Positions 51,501-61,395 of a stretch of DNA of 64,000 nt are shown one piece after another. Below the pieces are notes generated by a model, which was not told the DNA's origin, ran no database searches, and worked only from the letters and a program-made list of their open reading frames with translations. The position numbers and the translations under genes were made by a program. The DNA is from Girardia tigrina (lineage: Eukaryota): assembly GCA_001938485.1 (NCBI GenBank), contig MQRK01235299.1:1-64000 (forward strand), written 5' to 3'. Positions within the stretch are counted from its first letter, which is position 1. Every line of letters starts with the position of its first letter.

Positions 51501-54500
51501 TAGTGTTAGATATTATTTGAAATCTTATGCCTAGCGGTATATTCCTATAGCCAGTATTAACATATTGCTGTTATTGTTTAGAATATTTACGGTGCTAAAT
51601 TAATAATGGAAAAAATTAAAATTCGAGCAATTTTCTTGTACGAATTTAAACTGGGTCGTAAAGCAGCAGAAACNNNNNNNNNNNNNNNNNNNNNNNNNNN
51701 NNNNNNNNNNNNNNNNNNNNNNNNNNNNNNNNNNNNNNNNNNNNNNNNNNNNNNNNNNNNNNNNNNNNNNNNNNNNNNNNNNNNNNNNNNNNNNNNNNNN
51801 NNNNNNNNNNNNNNNNNNNNNNNNNNNNNNNNNNNNNNNNNNNNNNNNNNNNNNNNNNNNNNNNNNNNNNNNNNNNNNNNNNNNNNNNNNNNNNNNNNNN
51901 NNNNNNNNNNNNNNNNNNNNNNNNNNNNNNNNNNNNNNNNNNNNNNNNNNNNNNNNNNNNNNNNNNNNNNNNNNNNNNNNNNNNNNNNNNNNNNNNNNNN
52001 NNNNNNNNNNNNNNNNNNNNNNNNNNNNNNNNNNNNNNNNNNNNNNNNNNNNNNNNNNNNNNNNNNNNNNNNNNNNNNNNNNNNNNNNNNNNNNNNNNNN
52101 NNNNNNNNNNNNNNNNNNNNNNNNNNNNNNNNNNNNNNNNNNNNNNNNNNNNNNNNNNNNNNNNNNNNNNNNNNNNNNNNNNNNNNNNNNNNNNNNNNNN
52201 NNNNNNNNNNNNNNNNNNNNNNNNNNNNNNNNNNNNNNNNNNNNNNNNNNNNNNNNNNNNNNNNNNNNNNNNNNNNNNNNNNNNNNNNNNNNNNNNNNNN
52301 NNNNNNNNNNNNNNNNNNNNNNNNNNNNNNNNNNNNNNNNNNNNNNNAGACCTCATATTTCAAAAGTGACTCTTCAAAAGCTTAATGAGTTGGGCTATGA
52401 AACCCTGCTTCATCCACCATATTAACCAGACCTCTCGCCAACGGACTTCTACTTTTTCAGGCATTTATACAACTTCCTACGTGAAAAAATTTTCAAAAAC
52501 CAAAATGATGCTCAAAATGCCTTCCAAGAAATCGTCGCTTCGAGAACCGATGTATTTTATGCTGATGGAATAAAACAACTTGTTTCTCGTTGGCAAAAAT
52601 GTATTGATGCCAACGGTTCATACTTTGATTAATAAACTTTTGTTTCTGTGAATTTGAACGTCTTTGAAGTTTGTGTCCCAAAACCGCCATTATTTTTCGA
52701 CCAACCTAAAATGCCAATCTCTAAAATTTTCAGAAAATACAGCTGAAAGAATATAATTACTAATCGTTTTAATGGGGATTTGTTTCCATTTTTCAATTAT
52801 CAAATTTCGCAAAATCTAAACATTTAATGATTTCTGATTTCCATTTTTTGTATATTCCACATTTTCCCCATTTTTCTGCGAATTATTCTTTTCTGATACA
52901 TTGTTTTTAAAACTTTTAAACAATTCTAATATTGTCAGCCTGTAAATACGGCTTCAATCATCTTGGTATCATAATCAATTCTATACTCTTCTTTCAACAA
53001 TGTTCCTTCACTTTATTAGCAATATAGGCATGACAAGAATAACACGCAAAAGACATTCTTTATGAAACATCAATCATTGGAAATATAGTGTCAATCCAGG
53101 AAATGTTTAAGTCTTCATTTACCCATGCATTCTATTGTTTTGTTTGCTTTATTGTTTGTTTTTTTTATTGCTTTGATAAAATAAAAGGTCGGATATGTTG
53201 ACAGATATGTAAAGTAATTTATATTAAAAATTATTTTTTTATACTTTTCATTTTCTATTGTTTTTTCTTACTTTTTCTATGATTTATTAGTTAATTAATA
53301 TTATGTAAGTTAAAAAACAATTTAAGGTGCTGGCTGCCGGACCGAGTGGCGGCGACCAGCATCTCTTAATTGGACGGGAAGATGCCGGATGAAGGAATTG
53401 ATCAGCCAGTTCGGTGGACGCCAGTAACCAATCGGAATGAGTGGTCCCCAGCAAGAAACCACCAATGGGTCAGCCGCGGCTTCCCGTACCGCGTTACCGC
53501 CGGAACCGCTCAAAGCAGAGGATGATCCCGTCGATTCGTCAATCGGCGACCCGGATGCTGCATTGATGCGGTCGCGGAGATGTGAGACGGCGGTGTGTGT
53601 GGTTCGGCCTGTCAAGTCCGAGCCGTGTGGATCGTTTTAATTTTTTATTCAAATTTGATCTCATTACAAGTTTTGATCAGTTTGGAAATTGATGCAAAAC
53701 GATATTTATTTTTTTGAAAAATTACAAAATTTAAAATTGTGACAGGAAAATTATTTTCATTCAGTTCACATAAACAAAAGATATTATTTTTTTAATTATG
53801 GTTTTTTTTATTTTGGTCGTTTGACCGGAGCACCACACAATTTACAGTAAAAAATATTGATATCGTCAAAACAGACGTTGATTGTTTTATTCAAATTAAA
53901 TATATTTTAGGAATAATGTTCATTAATTTAAAAAAAATAATTAAAGTGAATAATAATATTTTTAAAAAATAATAAATAATATATAAATATTTTTATAATG
54001 TTAAATATTAATCATTTTCCTTTTGATAAAAAAATATTTTCAGATTCAGATTGATTTTAACGCTGCGAGCAAAAAATAGGTTTTGTTTTGTTTGAGATCA
54101 ATTAATTTAATGTTCAATGATACATCATTAAAGGAAAAGGAAATCGAAAAATTTCAAAAGAAATTCAAATAATTAATAAATATTCAATTTATTTATATTT
54201 TTATGGATTATGAATTCAGACATCAGATAAACAAAAAAATAAAAAATGAAGATTTACGGTCAATTTAGTGGTACTTATTGGGGATTGATTACAAATAGAA
54301 TTTCTGAACATTTTTTATTTTTAAATAAATCATATATATTTAATACTTTTAATTGACAAAAAATAAATTTCATTTACAAAAACAAAATGTTTTACATTAA
54401 AAGATTTAGTACATTAAAATAACTTATTTCGAAAGGTTAAATCTTCATTTGAAGAGTATTCTTAATAATACATGTCTTTTTATTAAAAAGATAACTTTAT

Positions 54501-57500
54501 AACAATTCAAAAATAATAAATAATAACTTTTTATAAAAGGTTGTGTAAATAAATTGTATTCCAAATGCAAAAATAAATATTAATATGTTACAAATTCTAA
54601 GGTCTTCAGGAAAATTCGATGCTGTAGTCGTTGCTTATTCGTTTTACATTATCATTGAGTGTCATTAAAAATTACAATGCCAGTTCTTCTGCGTCACCTT
54701 TGCACAAAACTACTCAGCACTGCTCTGGAAATTTGTTTTCAGTAAGGTGAAAGGGTAGACAATAAGACTAAATTAACATCATAGATTAAGAACTTCAATG
54801 AAGGTAGTACCAATCTAAAAGATAAATCCCACTTTAGACATTTATTCACAGTAAATAAGACGCTGATACAACCAGTGAAATCCAAATAATCCACCAGATT
54901 ATCAACAAAACTTGTATCTCCATTTTCCCACATTTTAAGTAACTTGGACTACATAATTGTCTCTTTCGATTACTTCCTCATCAATTGACTCCAGTGAAGA
55001 ATAACCGGTTCTCGGTGTGACCGATTCTGCAAACCAAATTGTGAGGAAAAAGGATTTATTTAATCAATTTCTGATAGTCAATCATAACTTCCGGATTATT
55101 CGTAGATAGCGAATTTAAAAGAATGGTGGGATGTGCTTCTAGTAAATATTGAAAAAATGGATTTTTTTTAATTCGCTTTAGAGAGTCATTCATCAAATGC
55201 TAATTTATATTCTGAACAGCTACAACTGGTTGATAAAGTTTTGTCTCGATAAATCTTAAAGGGTTACTTATCTTGTATGAAAATGTTTCAAAGAACTTTG
55301 CAAGGACATTTCCTAAAAAGATTAGTTTCATTTTCAAAAAGACATTTGGCTCCCAAGATCTCCTGATCCCATGCCACAAGATTACTAAATATTCAGTTCT
55401 ATCAAGAAAACGTTTTCTGAAGAAGAATAAACAAATTAAAGCATTCTTTAGGGATGTAATAAGACTTGCAACTGCCGGAACGATGTGCGACGTTTTCTAA
55501 ATATTCGTAGACACGTTAATGTTCGCATTGAACAAAATGGACGACTGTTTTAGTGCCTTTAGGAAATTATTTTGCATGTAATTGTTTTAAAATAAAATTA
55601 CTTTGGAACAATCGCCTTTAATATTTATTACTTTTTATGCAGTTTCGTTTTCAATGAACCTCCTGCATTTTCAAATGTTGTTATTTTTTGTCAAGCATAT
55701 GACGCAACAATTATTCAACTAGATATATACAAGTCTATTCAGAAAGTTTTGACCAATGGTTTCCTATAAGTATCTAGTGAACCCATTGATAAATGTCTGA
55801 AATTTACAGTATAGATATCATATACATATGTGAATGATTTTGTAAAATATAATTCAAAAATAATCAATGAACACATTAGAGATGATGATGAAAATAACAA
55901 AAAATGCATATCTTTCAATTGTCTATAAATCGATCAAGACTTTCTGGACAGACCTGTATAAATAAATCACTTTATTTTACAATATCGACGATGCCGTAAT
56001 GTTTGTTCTCTTAATAATTTTCTATTGAAACAGATAAAGAACCTAATAAAATCTTTTTCAATACTTAACCTTGTGATCAAAAATTTTTTCAAACATGAAA
56101 ATTAAAATAAAATTAATTTACAAGCAAATAACTACGAAAAGCACTTCAAAAATTTATTTAAATAAAGATTTATTCTATAAAAATCGTTTGGACCCAACAA
56201 GGGGTTTCCATTTTCGAGATTTACGTAAATCTATGAAGAATACTCCATGTAATTCTTTCATAGTCATTTTAAAACTAAATTGTAAAAAATTTGTTCGTTC
56301 TTATAGTAATTGTTAATTTTCAAATGCCTTCATGCTACGAAATATAATTTTTATTGTGTTTCGATTATGTTCAATGCTTAATTTACCTTTTAGTGATTCC
56401 TAATTCTGATTGATTTAGGAGTTTAAAAAACTCCCTGCTACGTGTTACAAATAATTAATAATATTTTAATAATAATTAATATTAATACATAGCAAATCCC
56501 TTCTATACCATGAGAGCCGTGTCGGGACACCTTGCTCAAATGTAGGGTCATGCAGTCACAAACACTGGAAAGACATCTTGTCATCTCTGCAAGCTAGGTG
56601 TGTACGTAAAGGGGGATTAGGTGGATAAGTACCCGTCGAAAAAAATGTTTTAATTCCGATATTTATTACCCCTAAGTTTTTGAACTACATATTAATAAGA
56701 ATGTTTAAATTTAAAATTTGAACTTTCCAAAATTTAAGGAAATGTTTTTAAAATTTAAAAAAATCTCTCCACGAAAATTTTAAATTATGATCTTAATTAT
56801 CTCTAAGACTTTTAAACTGCATATAGGTTTTGCAGAGCATAGAATTTTTTCTTCTTCAAAACACTAAACATTCAGTGGATAGGGAAATCCTCCAATCTAT
56901 AGAAGCCAGTAATGAACAATGGCCAAGTAATATTAGTTGCACTAAATAATTCATTTGTGGCGAAGTGATCTAGTGGATATATCATTGTATTAATCAAGAT
57001 ATCTTTCAATGGATTTTCATTTAGATCTTACAATTCACAATACGTTGAACTTATTTGCAACTTTACTAGTAACAACAACCACATCTGAACGATCTTGTTC
57101 TACATTACGCAGAATCAAGACTTAATTACAAAGCACGACATCACAGCACAGATTGAATGGCTTAGCTATAATAAACATTCACTAAGAATTAAATGCTTTC
57201 TTAGAGATTGACAAAGTTAAAGACATCTTGGCGAAGAATCCAAGAATTTTTATACTTCTGTAATAATTGTATAAATGTATGTAATTATATTTCTCACAAA
57301 AGTGATTAAATGTGGTATTTCTATGGTATAAATTTTATTATTTTATTAATAATTAATTAAAATTTTTTAACGTAGAAAACGAATATTATGTTATAGTGTA
57401 TCCCCCGAAATATTTTTCTGCGTACGCGCCTGCTGCAAGCAAAACCAATCTGTCTACACATTTCTTCCGTAGCAACTAAATTATTTCCCTCACATTCCTG

Positions 57501-60500
57501 CAATCTCAGTTGCTCATTTTGATCAATGTAACCATATGAAATGATATTTATTATAAAGAAACAAACTTTATACAGAAAAATTCATCAAATAAACTTTGTA
57601 AACAAATTAGTTTCAATGGATTTATTTTTTGTCAGGACAAATTACAGTTTCTGAAGCTGACGTTAATTAATTTTGATTGTTTTAATTGAATCTTAAAGAA
57701 ATTATTTATTATTTGTTGAGATTTTTGATTAATTGTTATTTCAAGTTAATTTATATAAGGTCAAATGACGATTAAATATGTCAAAAAACAATTAACAGAA
57801 AACATTATTTGACAATTATTTAATTAATTAGGCTTCAGAAACAATTTTAATTGAATATTAAAATAGTAAACGTCTTCCACTAAAGGAAAGAGGAATAAAA
57901 TACAATGCCGTAAACCCATTTGCAATCATCGTCTACAGACGCGATATTACAATATTTAAGTATTATATTATATATTATTTTGTCTTTTTCAAATCAAATA
58001 CCCTTGTTGATTAGTAAAAGTCCTGCTGGAAAATTATTCCGCAAATGCGGCCAATAAAGGAAAACCTCTAATTTTAATTTTGGTTCTCCTTGAAAAATTA
58101 ACTATTTTTTTAAAATTTTGTGAAACATAACTAAAAAACTCAAAATACAATCATAAAGATAATTATTGATGATGCTGACAAAGTTTGGTCCTCAACGCAA
58201 TGGATGTTAGGTGGCATTATGATTCCAGTAGTTTTCATAGAATCTGCATTTTGTCATTTTTCTATTCCCCATATTCATAAATATGCGAATTTTTCAAAGT
58301 CTTTTGTGTATCGTTACTGAGTTTATTCTCTGATTTTTATCTAAAATACATATATTTCAAAAGTTGTATGTTTAAACCCTTGATAGGGTTGGTGAAAATT
58401 TGACCGATATATCGTGTTACGCTGGTACACTAGTAAGCTTGTTATAAAATTCAAAATGCGCAACATATATTAAATATAAAAATATCCTCATTATATCCAA
58501 TGTATGATATAGGTTGTCTTATTACTAAAATCAGTCTTATTATTTTTATTCTGTATACACTGAATAGATAGAAAGCACTGGTTCATGCGACTACAGACTC
58601 CTCATCAAAATAGCCTGAAGATTAGCAAGTAAACACAGAAATCTATTCCAATCCACTAAAATTAAGTAACTTAACGAAAGTTCTCTTTATAGTTCGGAGG
58701 TTTGGTTGGCACAAAATAAATAAAAAATAATTACTTTCTCTAAAGATGTAAAGATGTTCAAACCATGTACATAAATGTAAACGAGTTTTTGTGTGATATT
58801 GACGAATGGAGCATCGTCATATGTTTTTGATTGAAATTTTCAAAAAAACTTGAGGTTGTATAATAATTCTCATTGCGACAAAAATGTTAGTGTTGTTTTT
58901 TCCTATTTACTGCTTTATAATAGTGTTGGGTATTACAATTAAATCTAGTTTCTATCTTTATTTATATTAAACTACTAATCTGACTCCAAATTGACCAAAA
59001 GGTTTCTTCCAACAATAATATATGAAGAATGAACAAATCCTTTTAACAATAATTTATTCTGCAACAACAATTGAATTACAAATATAAATTCAACTCTATC
59101 AGTACAGTACAATTCAAAGATCACACTTCGATCAAACAGTTACAACAACTTCTTAGTTCGAGCGATGCTAGAATGATTTATTTAAAACTTATCTTCTCCT
59201 TTATAGGATACAGATACTTTCGTAATATTACAATTTATTTAAAAGCTTAACTTCTCCTTTACAGGATACTAATACTTTCTTAATATTATAATTTATTTAA
59301 AACATAACTTCTCTTTTACATGATACTATATTACTCTTATTATTTCTTTAGAAAAAATGTTATTACAAAAAAATTAACAATTTAAGTTTACCGCACATAT
59401 AATTCAAATTTAGTTAAATTCTTCTTTTGAGTGGTAAAAATGTTGAACTGTAACTGAAATAACTATTGCTTATATACTAGTTTTTTCTAACCTTGAAAAT
59501 TGAATAACTAAAACAAATCTCAAAATATTTACAAATATTCTATAAATTTTATTAAAATAACTATTATAATAATCAAAAAATTATTAATTTTAACCTGAGT
59601 ATTATTTTTAATTTTTTATCAGATTTTAAAATTTAATTTATATTTTTCGGAACCCCAACAATAGCTTGTAAAATTCAATTCTAAACTTAATAGGTAAGTT
59701 AATGTCTGCTAATAACATAATGATAAAATGAACATCTTTGTATGTACTAAGACGTGAAATAAAATATTTTAACACCTTTTCGAGGTAGACTTTTGGTATC
59801 TCATTTTAAAAAGAAATTAAAATAAAACAATCATAAATTACAACAGTGACAATATTACTTTTTTTCTTATAAACCATTAAAAAATCCTAAAGAAAAGTCA
59901 GGCAAAAACAATAGAAAATCAAAAATATCGAAAAACGAATTTTATTATACTTTACTATTCAATCAATCAGCTTGCCCGACCTCTTATTTTATCAGAGCCT
60001 TGCTAATGAAATCGATTCGACTTATTGCGTCTACATCATTATTCTGTAAATCGTTAAAATAGTTTTTCAAAGTTTTTAGTGGCCAATATAAATCTTGCGG
60101 ATGAATTTAGTATTTTGAAGATTCAAAACATAAAGTTAGAAGATTGTTCATCGCTGATATGGCTAGACAATCAGCTAATTAATGCAACGTTGAATTATCG
60201 GCAACAGGTCAGTGGATTGACGGATTTATGCGCAGAAATAACTTTTTATTACGTCGTGAAATCAATCTTTATCTTGATTTTTTGCCCTGAACCTTTCAAT
60301 TATTTTCAGTTAGTGAAAATAAAACTTTTGATTTAATAACTGGTTTTGTGTGATTTGGTTGAAAGTTTGATTAATTGTTGTCTTCAAAATATTTTTGTTC
60401 GTTTTCTTATTTTATTTGCATTGTCTTTTTATATTTTAAAGTTCATTTTTACATGGTTGAGAATAAAGAATCAAGAGGAAATTCAACATAAATAAAAAAA

Positions 60501-61354
60501 ATCCATAAACGTATTTTTCAAACTTTCCTGTTAAAACTGTATGGAGAAATAAAAGAAGAACAATTAGACTTCAGTTTATCCAAAGCACAGAATATTCTTC
60601 AGCAGCCAAATAGCTTGGACAGTTGCTCCAAGTGTCTTTCGACTGTCTCAAATAATTTCCCGTACGCAAATTGTATGACAATTAGTTTCTTTTCCTTTTA
60701 ATAAAAATACTTCTGAATATTGTTTTCTATTAGTCATTTTCGTTTACTGTTTCAATTATATCTGATTCTCCAACAGCAATTATTCATTAGTAATCGTATC
60801 GTTTGACAATCACTCTTTTTAGGCAAGTTTATTTGACTTCCGGATTTTGAATTTCCAGAATAGTATAAAAGATTAAACAATTCATCTTTAATTTTATATA
60901 ACAACCCATTTCAAACTATTTTAGATGAAATACAGTTTGATAAATTAACCATTTAGCATCTTTTAACTGATACATTTGCTTTTATTTTACAATAACCCTG
61001 TAACATATGCTGGCACTTCGAGTCTTAATATTTATTCTATGAAGAAAAAAACTGAAATTTTGTGTAAATTTATATTTTTTAATTTGTTCAAACTTTTCTA
61101 AGATATTATTAAACACATTTTACGAATATAATTTAGAATATTTTCAGTAAACAAATAATAATAATGCAAAAAATATTAATCTAACATAACATTAGTGAAT
61201 AATTTAAAAATTATATTACTAAAAATACGATCATTGAATGTAAATAAAGGATAATTTATAAATTACTCAAAAAGTAAATATATTTTAAGTTCGCATTGAT
61301 GAATGATATTTATTATTGTGAGATTTATTATTTTATGATCAACGAAATTTGATT

Positions 61355-61395
<41 letters not shown>

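Noticed and set aside
51587-52385. Long ORFs of 236-259 aa in the ORF track
   Set aside because: Artefacts of the N-run assembly gap inside the mariner element
54600-55600. Decayed coding-like minus-strand sequence (possible hAT SSAExSF motif); similar weak relics at 38380-38760, 43890-44450, 49290-49620 and 60560-60850
   Set aside because: Too degraded to assign
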